Origin: Cetorhinus maximus | Taxonomy: Eukaryota | DNA: 64,000 bases | Direction of reading: 5' to 3' | Assembly: GCF_964194155.1 (NCBI RefSeq) | Contig: NC_135887.1 | Coordinates: forward strand, 16,182,001 to 16,246,000 | Part shown: positions 38,380 through 50,104 of the stretch, piece by piece | How positions within the stretch are numbered: the stretch's first letter is position 1 | Layout: every line of letters begins with the position of its first letter | Made by a program: the position numbers and the translations under genes | Notes under the pieces: model-generated | The model's input: only the letters and a program-made list of their open reading frames with translations | Told to the model about the DNA's origin: nothing | Databases searched by the model: none

Positions 38380-40022
38380 AATCACAGAATTGTAATGGCA
38401 CAGAAGGAGCCCATTTGGCCCAGCGTATCTGCACCAGCTGGCTGAGCATTTTAACTTAGTGTCAATCTCCTGCCTGTTCCCCATAGCCTGCATGTTGTTT
38501 CTATTTAAATAATCATCCAATGCCTTCTTGAATGCCTCAATCGAACCTGCCTCCACCACACTTCCAGGCAGCGCATTCCAAACCCTAATTACTCGCTGTG
38601 TGAAAAAGTTTTTTCTCACCTCGCATTTGCGTCTTTTGCAAAACATTTCAAAACTGTGCCCTCTGGTTCTCAATCCGTTTATGAGCGGGAGCAGTTTCTC
38701 CCTATCTACTGTCCAGACCCCTCATGATTTTGAAAACTTCTATCAGGTCTCCTCTTAACCTTCTCCCCCCCAAGGAAAACAGTCCCAACTTCTGCAATCT
38801 TCCCTCATAATTGAAGTGTCTCATTCCTGGAACCATCCTTCCTATAGTGTGACGCCCAGAACTGTACACAATACTCCAGCTGAGGTCTAACCAGTGTCTT
38901 ATATAAGTTTATCATAGCCTCCTTACTCTTGTACTCTATGCCCCTATTAATGAAGTCTAGAATACTGTATGCTTTGGAAAGAGCTCTCTCTACCTGTCCT
39001 GCCACTTTTAATGACGTATGTACACATACACCCCAGTCTCTCTGCTCCTGCACACCGTTTAGAATAGTATCCTTTATTTTATACTGTCTCTCCCTGTTCT
39101 TTGTACCAATGTGTATAACCTCACACATCTCCACATTGAACTTCATCTGCCATCTATCTGCCTACTCCACCAACGTGTCAGTGTCCCTTTGAAGTTCTAC
39201 ACCGTCCCCTCAGTTTACAATTCTCCCAAGTTTTGTGTCGTCTGCAAACTTTGAAATTGTCCCCTGCACACCAAGATCTGGATTATTTAATATATATAAA
39301 TATATATATATATATATAAAAGGAAAAACAAGTGCCCCAATACTGGCCCCAGGGGAACTCCACGACAAACCTCTTCCAGCCCAAAAATACCTTTTAACCA
39401 TTACTCTCTGTTTCCTATCCCTCAGCCAATTTTGTATCCACGTTGACATTGTCCCTTTTATTCCATGACTTATAACTTTCCCCTCAAGTCTTTTTTGTGG
39501 CATTGTATCGAACGCCTTTAGGAAGTCCATTTGCACCACATCAACGGCCTTGCTTTCTTCAACCATTTCTGTTACCTCTTCAAAAACTCCAACAAGTTAG
39601 TTAGAAACGATTTTCCTTTAACAAATCCATGCTGACTCTTCCGAATCAATCCACATTTTTCCATGTGATTATTAATTCTATCTCAAATAATTGTTTCCAG
39701 AAGTTTCCCCACCACCCAAGTTAAACTGATGGGTCTGTAATTGCGGGGCAGATCTTTACAACCTTTTTTGAACAAAGGTGTAATGTTTGCAATTCTCCAG
39801 TCCTCTGGCACCTCCCCCAAATCCAGGGAACATTGAAAGATTATTGCCAGTGTCTGCAATTTCTAATTTCACATCCTTCAATATTCTCGGATGCATCTCA
39901 TCCAGTTCTGGTGCCTTATCAACTTTAAGTACCGGCAGCTTATCCAATACCACCACCTTTATCAATTTTAAACCCTTCTAATGACTGAGTTTCCTTCTCT
40001 GTCGCTATGGCCTGGGCAGCAT
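38380..40022 (-). mobile_element. CR1 LINE fragment
   Basis: SKFADDTKLG, LVRPQLEYCVQFW, RTRGHS and FFTQRVIRVWNALP peptides; contains a (TA)n run at ~39290-39318. Confidence 0.92.
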
Positions 40023-40049
40023 CTGTCTCATAAATAAAGATGGATCACT

Positions 40050-40130
40050 CCTCTCTTTCTCTCTCCCCCTCCCTCTCTCTCTCTCTCTCTCCCTCTCCCT
40101 CTCCCTCTCTTCTCCCCCCCCCCCCCCCGC
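40050..40130. repeat. (CT)n / poly-C polypyrimidine tract
   Basis: Directly visible. Confidence 0.85.
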
Positions 40131-40338
40131 CTCCAATTGTTTAATTCGCTAAGCAGCAATGTGCGACACTTGAGAGGTTGACTATTTGAAATCACAGGCT
40201 AAATCTGGCTAATCATAGGTTTAGGTTTCTTGACTGATCACAAATTGACTAAACTATTTTCTGTGTGGCCTTATCAAGAAAATAATTTGTCTATGCATCC
40301 AAAACAAAAATCACACTTGTGCTTTTGCAAACACTTAC

Positions 40339-40570
40339 CACTGATGGAGCTTGGACTTGAAGGTTGAAGGGTGGTTCCGTGTCTGCAGTTACTGTGCATT
40401 ACACATTAAGATATATACAAGTTCCTATAAAATTAATAACTTTGCATTTATTGCCACGCTTGGTGATGAAGTGAATACTCAAAGTCAATCGATCTGTGGT
40501 GTTATGCTGTCACTTGGTAAGCTTGAGGTTTTAGAAAAAGGGAAGTAAAAGCATTTGTGTCCGGATGTGA
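40339..40570 (-). promoter_or_regulatory. Candidate EVI2B first exon and haematopoietic promoter
   Basis: Minus-strand donor G|gtaagtg at 40338. Upstream are RUNX TGTGGT (40495-40500), PU.1-type AAAAAGGGAAGT (40535-40546) and ETS CCGGATGT (40561-40568). This is non-repetitive sequence 7 kb upstream of the EVI2B coding exon. Confidence 0.55.
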
Positions 40571-40604
40571 AGAAATTGGCTCGAAAACAAGTGCTAAGTG
40601 CTGG

Positions 40605-41047
40605 ACAAAAGCAAAAAACTGCAGATGCTGGAAATGCAAAACAAAAATAAAAACACCTGGAAAAACTCAGCAGGTCTGGGAGCATCTGCGGAGAGGAACA
40701 CAGTTAAAGTTTTGAGTCCATGTGACTCTTCAACAGAACTAAGTAAAAAATAGAAAAGAGGTGAAATGTAAGCTGGTTTAAGGGGGTGGTGGGACAAGTA
40801 GAGCTGGATAGACAGCCAGTGATAGGTGGAGATAACCAAAAGATGTCACAGACAAAGGGACAAAGAGGTGTTGAAGGTGGTGATATTATCTAAGGAATGT
40901 GCTAATTAAGGGTAGAAAGCAGGACAAGCAAGGTACAGATAGCCCTAGTCGGGGTGGGGTGAAGGAATAAAAGGTAGAGATAAAACAATGGATGGAAATG
41001 CGTTTAAAAATAATGGAAATTGGTGGGAAAAGAAAAATCTATAGAAA
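40605..41047 (-). mobile_element. Penelope-like terminal fragment
   Basis: 13-bp TSD tgctaagtgctgg (40592-40604 and 41048-41060); homologous to 62907-63340, which is contiguous with a GIY-YIG ORF end. Confidence 0.82.
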
Positions 41048-41818
41048 TGCTAAGTGCTGGCATTATTTTGAAAATAAAATCTGGAGGTAAATCAATTAAA
41101 GATTAAACTATGAATTTAAGTTTCCAATTTTATGTAGTTTGCTGCTTGATCCTAATGCTACAGTCAGAGAGCTCACGTTTACTCTAAGCCTGTTTGATAT
41201 TTTAATTTGCTCCTGATCAGTTAGGGTTAAACAGTTCATGTAGTTACACAACCTGTACTGATGAAACTCTGTTCCTGGTAGAGTTCTTCTGTGAAATCCT
41301 GTGTCTGACTGTCCTCTCTCTTCCTCATCTGAGAGTTAGACTATGTTTGTAGCATGATACAACTACAGTTTTGCTTAGCTTTGAATTAAAGTTGTCAGAG
41401 AAGCAACGCAGGTGAGCGGAACTCGACTCTCATTTTAGTAAATTTTAGCTGATGTCCAACCTCTTGAACGTGACAAGCTAGGTCAGGAAGTTGGCTCTTG
41501 GGTAAGCCACTGAAATGTGCTGCAACAACTGTGCTCCATGTTGAAGTGGTGGCAGAGAGGAGACAATGAGCTGAACCCCACTGAAGGGATTGGATGTCAT
41601 CGTTTTGGCATCCCCCTGTGTTGACATTGTAGTTGACAGCCTGGTTCTTTTATGCAGCTCATTAAAACAGGAATATGTTTTTGAGATGAAGTGGAAATGC
41701 TCTTAGAGGGAACCAAAACCTCTGGGAACCAAATCAAACCAAACCTTCTCCCCTCTCTCTTTCCTGTTGAGCATTGGTCTCCACAGTTTTGGTGGGCTGC
41801 AGCATAAAATATGGAAAT

Positions 41819-42245
41819 TGACCTCAGTTGGTAGAAATCTTGCTTCTGAGTCAGAAGGTTGTGGATTCAAATTCCACTCCGGACTTGAGCACAAAAAAAT
41901 CTAGGCTGACATTCCAGTGCAATACTGGGAACATGCTGCACTATTCCAGATGTCTCCTATCAAATGAGATTTTAAACCATCTGCCCCCTCAGTTGGATGT
42001 AAAAGATCCATGTCACTATTTTGAAGAAGAGCAGGGAGTTAACCTGGGGTCCTGGTGAATATTTATTCAGTCAACATCATTTAATCAGGTTATCTGTCCA
42101 TTTTGGCATTGCTGTTTTGGGAGTTTGGTGTGAGCAAATTGGCTGCTGTTCCCTACATTGCAACAATGACTACACTTCAAAAGAACTTCATTGTAAAGTG
42201 CTTTGGGATGTCCTGAGCGTGTGAAGGGTGCAAGTCTTTCTTTTC
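41819..42245 (+). mobile_element. Full-length tRNA-derived Deu-domain SINE (SacSINE1-like)
   Basis: tRNA-like head (ctcagttggtag...ggattcaaatt), Deu core 'gatgtaaaagatccatgtcactattttgaagaagagcaggg' and L2-like tail. Confidence 0.78.
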
Positions 42246-43094
42246 TAAATACCTTTTTCATGCACTTAATTTTTTGGGCCTATCATATTGCCCATTGCCT
42301 ACAGGAATCCATAAATTTATACTTACAGTTGTAATTATCTGTTGAACAACCATGGTTAGCTATGTTCTTCTCCAGTAGAAGTACTTCTACATTACTCCAC
42401 CAAATTGTTTTTAACCATTGTTGATGGTAAAAATTTATTCAACTGTGTATGAACTGATATTTACTTAAAATTTAAGCATCCTGAGCAGATGGTTTCCTGT
42501 CCATTGTGAAATCAGCATTTATGTTTTATCTTTAAACAGTGCACCACTTCACTGTTTTGTTGTTTGTTCTTTCACTGGGTGTTGGGGGGGGTTACACAAT
42601 GTATCTCCCTATGCCACCCATTACCCACAGCCACAGGGAAGGTGATGCTCAATTTACTTGAAAGGGGAGCTGGGATGACACTTGCCACCCTCCCCCTCCT
42701 GTTCACTGTGGAAATTTTGTTATCGGGATATTCCTAAGATTGGCAATCTGGTGCTGCAAGGGATTTCTGGTGCGAAACCTTTGTTGAGTAATCAAACAGG
42801 CTGCTCCTCAGTGCTATAGGTAATGTTTTATGCCTTGTTTTAGGCTTTCACAGTCACATATATATTTTCATACAATTAATTATTTGGCCCCATGGGTACA
42901 GTGAGAATGTCACATGGGTTTATAGCTGGTTAAGCAAAAAATAAATAAGTAAAAAATTAACCAGACAGTAATTATTTGAATTCGTACCTAATATACTTTG
43001 ATTATTTTCTCCACCAAAGGCAGCTTCTATGTATGAATATGTCTTCTTTAGGAACTTAAAGAAAGGTGAGCATTTTTAACAGAGGGAAGAAAAC

Positions 43095-43920
43095 AAATTT
43101 AATGTACAAAGGGAGGAGGAGTAGACCATTCAGCCTTTTGAGCCTGCTCTGCCATTCAATAAGATCTGGCTATGGCCTCAACTCCATTTTGCCATCTGCA
43201 CCCCCCCCCCCCCGCCCCATATCCCTCGACTCCCTTGCCTATCAAAAATCTATTTAACTCGGCCTTGGATAAATTCAATGACCCAGCCTCCTCTGCTGTC
43301 TGGGGAAGAGAATTTCATAAATTAACAACCCTTTGAGAGAAAAAAATTCTCCTCATCTCTGTCTTGAATGGTAGACTACTTATTCTTAAACTGTGTCCCC
43401 TGGTTCTACTCGCTCCCACAAGTGGAAGCATCCTCCCAGTACCCACTATCAAATCCCTTCAGGATCTTATGTTTCAATAAGATCACCTCTCATTCTTCTA
43501 AATTCGAATGGGTATAGGCCTGACCTGTTCAACCTTCCTTCATAGGATAAATCCTTCACCCCAGGAATGAGTCCGGTGAAACTTCTCTGGACTGCTAACA
43601 CAATTATGGCTTTTTGAAATTAAGGAGACCAAAACTGTACAGAGTATTCCAGATGTGGCCTCACCAAGGCCCTACAGATGCAGTAAAACTTCCCTATTTT
43701 TGTATCCCATTCCCCATGCCTTCGTAATTACATGCTGTACTTGCAAACTAACGTTTTGTGATTCATGTACCAGGACACCCAGATCCCTCTGTACCACCGA
43801 GTTCTGCAATCTGTCTCCATTTAAATAGTATACTGCTTTGAAAGTTCACATTTTCCCCATTATACTCCATCTGCCAATTTTTGTCCACTCACTTAACCTT
43901 TCTATATTCCTTTGATTTCC
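43095..43920 (-). mobile_element. CR1 LINE 3' fragment
   Basis: Homologous to 23165-24000. Confidence 0.85.
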
Positions 43921-44374
43921 AAATTCTTTGTGAAGGCAATTACGGGTGTGGATGCATTTTACTGATAAAATTTGTTTGCACATTGATGTTTGTCAACAGA
44001 TTGTACGGTACTTTTTGTATCACGTTTCTAATTATGCCTATGAGTAATGATTTAAAGGAGATTAGGAAAGATTATTATTGGAATCCAACATTGACACACT
44101 TAAGATTCAGTTTAGTTATGTTTAGTTTATGACGTGATAAATTGAATTTGTCAATTGTAAATTAAGTGGGGGGAAAAGCATTCTTCTGACTGCAGCCTTT
44201 GTCATTCATCTTGGGTGTGCAGTTCTCACCCTTTGCGAATGTAAGCAGGTCTTGATAAATCGCGAGTTAACCGTGATTACTGGTAACTGCACAGTTTCTC
44301 CCATACAAAAATTATCATTGTTGCTTCTGAATTACTTGAGCTGTTTTAAAATATTTTAGGCTATTTACATTAGT

Positions 44375-45320
44375 ATTAATGATTTAGATGAAGAGGCAGA
44401 GAGTAATGTGTCTAAATTTGATGATGATGCCAAACTAGGTAAAAGGTGAGCTGTGGCGAGGACATAGGCTGCAAAGAGATAGAGACAGGTTATGTGAGTG
44501 GGCACCAAGATGGCAGATGGAGTATAACGTAGGGAAGTGTGAAATTATTCAATTTGGTCGTAAGATTGAAGCAGAGTATATTTTTAAAGGTGAGAAATTA
44601 ATGTTCAGAGAGACTTGGGTGTGCTTGTACAAGGAATGCAGAAAGTTTAGCATGCTGGTGCAGTTAGCAATTAGGAAGGCTAAAGGCATGTTGGCCTTTA
44701 TTGCAAAGGGATTGGAGTACAAGAATAACAAAGTCTTGCTGGCACTGTACAGGGTTTTGGTGAGATTGCATCTGGTGTAGTATGTGCAATTTTGGCCCCC
44801 ACATTTAAAAAAGTGTATACTTGTATTGAAGGTGGGCACAGCGTAGGTTCACTAAGTTGGTCCCTGGGATGAGGGGGTTGTCCTGTGATGAGAGGCTGAG
44901 TAAATTGAGTTTATATTCTTTGGAGTTTAGAAGAATGGGAGGCAATCTCATTGAAACTTACAAAATGCTGAAGGGGTTTGATAGGGCAGACGCTGAGAGC
45001 TTGTTTCCATTGTTTGGGGAATCTAAAACACGGGGGCACGGTCTCTCGATAAGGGGCCAGTCATTTAGGACTGAGATATGGAGAAATTACTTCACTCAAA
45101 GGATTGTGAACCTTTGGAATTCTCTACCCCAGAGGGTTGTGGATCCATCGTTGAATACGTTTAAGGTTGGGACAGACAGATTTTTGGCACATCAGGGAAT
45201 AAAGGGATATGGGGAGTGGGCAGGAATAAGAAGTTGAAGCCCATTTTCAACCATGATCGTATTGAATAGCGGAGCAGGCTAGATGGGCCACGTGGTCTAC
45301 TCTTGCTCCTATTTCTCTAT
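44375..45320 (+). mobile_element. CR1 LINE 3' fragment
   Basis: MEYNVGKCEII and KTRGHGL..FTQRIVNLWNSLP peptides. Confidence 0.9.
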
Positions 45321-45379
45321 CTTCTTATGTGAAGGACTCTTTGAAGAAAATCTGATGCATGATTTGAGATTAGGTGCAC

Positions 45380-46213
45380 TGTCAGGAAGATATAATAATT
45401 TTCATAATGTTATTGGAATTTATTGTAAGGTAGGAATAGTGTGTGTGCATGATGTTACTGAATTAAAGACAGCTGGTCTGAAGGCTAAGGTGTCAGAAGA
45501 GAAGCTAGGTTTGAAATGTTAGGCAGCGTTGAGCATTGCAGCGTGTGATTCACGCTGGCTGGCCACTAATTGACCAGCCAGCGTGAAATCACAGTTGGTG
45601 CCTGATTGTGGGTGGTAGTTGGTTTCACAGCCATTCCTGGGCCCACCCGCCGTGCCCGCCTAACGAGGTAAAAATCCTGCCCTATGTGTTTTACTGTTGC
45701 CTTAACGGAGGTGTAACTGGGAGTTAGATTAGGTGGGGAGCTAGGAGTTATTATATTGGTAATTTGTAAAGCTATGTATGTGCTTAAATTTTTTTGATTA
45801 ATAAAGGTTTAATTTAATAATAAAAGCAAAAAACTGCGGATGCTGGAAATCCAAAACAAAAACAGGAACAGAAATACCTGGAAAAACTCAGCAGGTCTGG
45901 CAACATCGAGGACTTGAAACGTCAACTGTGCTCTCCTCTGCCGAAGAGTCATGAGGACTCGAAACGTCAACTGTGCTCTCCTCCGCCGATGCTGCCAGAC
46001 CTGCTGAGTTTTTCCAGGTATTTCTGTTTCTGTTTTTGTAAAGGTTTAATTTAGTTTTGTAAGAAACCTATAAGACGCAGTAGCCTTATTACCACTGAAT
46101 TCAAAGCACGCATCTTGAAATAAATACAAATTGTAAAATAGTTGTGGCGGTTGTTTCAAGCTTCCCTCTAGGATTTGAACAGCTCAGCATTTCCCATCCG
46201 CTGTGCCATAACA
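45380..46213 (+). mobile_element. Solo LTR with secondary insertions
   Basis: TGTCA...CCATAACA termini, TSD gcac/acac. Interrupted by a CpG-rich MITE-like fragment (~45525-45683) and a Penelope-derived palindrome. Confidence 0.7.
45817..46038. mobile_element. Palindromic Penelope-derived mini-element
   Basis: 15-bp TSD taaaggtttaattta (45802-45816 and 46039-46053), ~55-bp inverted arms and an internal tandem duplication. Confidence 0.82.
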
Positions 46214-46855
46214 ACACCAAAGCTTTATTTGAATAAAATGATATCCACACTTGTTCACCAGTGTACATATCTACTCATTCGCCCTCTTGATGGCTGAGTT
46301 AATGTACCTGGTGTGTCCTTGAGGCATATGGCTCTGGGAAATCCCCGATTTGGAGTACAGAGTGGGATAACTGTAACAGATCTCCGTTGCATTGAGGACG
46401 ATAAATCTCCATTCAATCTACCAAAGCTCATTCCTCCTGCCCCAACTGAACCAATTCAACAGCTAGCTGTTTTGAATGCTATTGATATCTATATATCTGC
46501 TGACTTGCCTAGCAGATAATAACCAGATATTTATCACTTTCCATAACCAAGTTCCTCAATGAATCTGTTTGTTTTGCACTAGTTGCCATTTATGAACTCT
46601 AATCCTATTCCATCTTTTCTCAAAATAATCAGGGTTCATCTGAACCCAGCTATTTAATGTTTTATATACTTAAGAAGCACCTCACACTTTTCAGCCCCTG
46701 GTGGACTAGTTGGACTAAATATTCTATTTAACTTCTTTCTCTTGAAGTGTATAGATTGAACTTAAGCTTTTGTCATAGGAGAAAAAAAGAGGACGACGGT
46801 TAGAATGTTTCTTCAGTGCTGAGGTGAATTTCAGCCAAGGAGGCAAAATCTTAAG

Positions 46856-46980
46856 ATAAAAGCAAAATACTGCAGATGCTGGAAATCTGAAATAAAAACA
46901 GAAAATGCTGGAAAAACTTAGGTCTGACAGCATCTGTGGAGAGAGAAACAGAGTTAGTGTTTCGAGTCCATCTGACCGTA
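46856..46980 (-). mobile_element. Penelope-like terminal fragment (further short copies at ~6395-6465 and ~59620-59725, opposite strand)
   Basis: 'aaaagcaaaatactgcagatgctggaaatctgaaataaaaacagaaaatgctgg' is shared with 62911-62965. Confidence 0.75.
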
Positions 46981-48059
46981 CAGCAGAGTTCCTCCTAACA
47001 TTTGAACTGCACTGCTTGACTTTTTCATTCTTATAGTCCAAAAATATACAAGCCTCAGCATTGCTGTTACTGGCCCAGTAATAGCCCATGTGTTTTTCCC
47101 CTTTCGGATGCTCACACGATCTGTGCATTTTCAGCACGTCTCTTTATTTTGGTTTTCTAGCCCCACGCCCCACCTTTGATAAACAATGCAAAGAAATAAT
47201 TTAAATGCTCCGTAGCTTTAATTTGTCACTGAGATTTCAACTTTATTTTTGTCTTGCCAAAGTTTTTCTCCTATCAGATTTTGCTATTGCTTATGCATGT
47301 GCACTTGAGTAAAATAAGTTGGCAGTTTCTTCAAAGTCTGAATTAAAAATAGAAAGCCAGCCACAGACGTATGAAATTCTAAATCCGTCCCTGAGCGCTC
47401 TTCCCTTCACAGTCACACCTTGAAGAGCTCTGAGCAGGTGTATACTCAAGTGAATTTCTATTAAGGTGGGCAGCAATGAGTAACTTTTTCTTTGGAATTG
47501 TTTCCTGGCAGCCGAAAATCAGGAATAATGATTTGGAATGCACAACATTTGGGGCGATGCCAAGTCATGATTGTCTCAAACCAAAGAAAATTCTTTTTTG
47601 TACGAAGAGTAAATAGTAGTTGAAGTGAAAAATCTGATTTCTTTTGAGAAATAATTGGATGCTTAAATGATGGGGCTTAAGGTACTTATGGATGGATTAA
47701 ATGAGATGAGCCAAATGTCTGTCCTCATCCATTATTGTCTTAAAGTGTCATTAATTTCCTGAGCACCATGCTAATTTGTCTTGCATATGAAACTTGGTGT
47801 TTTCTGTGCTAGGCAAAAGATAACAAAGGTTTACCTTTTAAAAAAGCACAAATTTTAAAATTTTTTTGCTGAAATTACAGAAGTTTTGGATCTCTTGAGT
47901 TAGAGAAATTCAGGACAATTACTTTTAAAAACCCAGAAATAATGAAAAGCCCAACTTAGAGTTGTATATCACTAAGTATATTCAGTGTTAGTCGGAATGT
48001 GTGGCCCTTTACAGCTGTAGTTGTATATTTACTGAAAATCTTGGATGTTAATAAACTCA

Positions 48060-48520
48060 GCTTGTTCCTGGGATAAAGGGCTTATCCTATGAAGAAAGGT
48101 TGAACAGGTTGGGCCTATACCCATTTAAGTTTAGAAGAATGAGAGGTGATCTTATTGAAACATAAGATCCTAAGGGGACTGGATAGGATAGATACTGGGA
48201 GGATGTTTCCACTTGTGGGGGAGACTAGAACTAGAGGACACAGTTTAAGAATAAGAGGTCTCATGTTTTACACGAGAATGAGAATTTTTTTTATCTGAGA
48301 CGTTAGCCTGTGGAATTCTCTTCCCCAAAAAGAATTGGAGGCTGGGTCATTGAATTTATGCAAGGCAGGGTTAGAAAGATTTTTGATCTACAAGCTAGTT
48401 GAGGATTATGGGGACAGTCAGTAAAGTGGAGTTGAGACCACGAACAGATCAGCCATAATCTTATCAAATGGCAGAGCAGGTTCGAAGGGCTGAAGGGCCT
48501 ACTCCTCCTAAATCCTTTGT
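48060..48520 (+). mobile_element. CR1 LINE 3' fragment
   Basis: 'tttagaagaatgagaggtgatcttattgaaac' and the CR1 tail 'gaagggctgaagggcctactcctcct'. Confidence 0.82.
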
Positions 48521-50104
48521 TCAAGTGTCCTAACTCATGGAGGCTTCATCATTGGTCATCTGGGGAAATGGTTTGAGATGTTCTTTCAACAGACACACAG
48601 GCATTGTGCAAATTACCGCCTCATTTGTTCATCCCACAAAGCTCCCCTCATTTGCCCAAGCATGATCAAAGTGGCATGTACAATATAATATAGAAAGGAC
48701 ATAACCATGGAGTTGCTCACTAAGTCAGCCTTGGCTCTCTTGGCATGCCACTTGCCTCAGAGTCAGAAAGATGTGGATGCCACTCCAGAGACTACTTGCA
48801 TAAATTACACGAGGACACTTCACATACACAGTTAGCTACAAAGCAATTTTATAAGTCTGAGGATCTGTATGAATACAAATACTTTCTTTTCTTCACTCCA
48901 CAATTTGGGATTAGTTTAGTTTTCCGTGATAAAAATAAAAATCTCGGGAACAGGAGAAGTCCATTAGGTCCAATAAGCCTGTCCATTTTTCATTGACCAA
49001 CTCTGCTGGCCATGCAGCGTTCCTTATTAGATGTGCATCCAAGTATTTCTTGAGCTGATTGATGCTGTCTTTTTCAATGGTCTTCTGTATAATTCCTTTT
49101 TCCCTGTGGATACATTTCACATGACCATATGTGAACCTTCCACCATAATGAACTAGTTGCCTGCAGCAATTGTGTCCTTTACATCGATAACATTGAAAGC
49201 ATAATTTGGTCACCTTTGGCACATAGACCCTGTTATGGAATCATTTGTGAAAGTGACTAAATGGCTTGTAGAAGTGATGGTTAGTTCCTCATCATCTCAC
49301 CCCACTTCCCCCACCCTCAATTCCCACTCAAAAATGTTGATGGAACAATTGAGGCTGCAGTAGGATACTAAACATTTTTTTAAGCATCTACTTACATGGG
49401 AGCATTATTGTAGCTATTAACATTCTATTGCCTTCAGTAACCCATTACATTGAGGAATTTGAAGCAAAAATTAGCTTGGTTAGTCCTCAATATCAATCTA
49501 TTGCATGAATTGTACAGCTGATAGTTTAATGAGTACTTAGCAAGTCAGTGGTGCATATTTGAGTAGGAAGGACTCTTAAACTGACTGATCTGTGTTCATT
49601 TCTGTTAACAATACATTAGAGATTCCTGGATTGCATATTCTTCTCCCAGATTTTCTTTCAGCAGGGGAGAATAATGTTTTTGACCAAAAGTAAAATGAAA
49701 TATAATATTGCATTAAATACTCCGGTACAATATAAAATAAGTTGTCATTGAACTAATTAACTGTCGTCACAGTGCCTGTATATGGTTGTGGATCTCCAGG
49801 CGCACGGTAAGGATCGGGACAAATGGGTTGTTGATTAAATGAACACACGGATAACTCAAAACAAATCTATTATTTTTCACTGGCTGACCTGGGTGGTTAT
49901 GTTTCTATCTTGCCTGTTCTTCCCTTTCACCAAATAATCAAAAATTTAAGTATAAAAATTGCTTGTTTTTCAGTATTCTATTTGTTTTGAATATTGCTCT
50001 AATGAGCACTCTGTGGCACTATCTACAACGGCATAAAAATGGTTAAGAGACTAGAATCCACAACAGATCAGTCTTTTTTGTCAGCTAGACTTCATGTATT
50101 CTTA

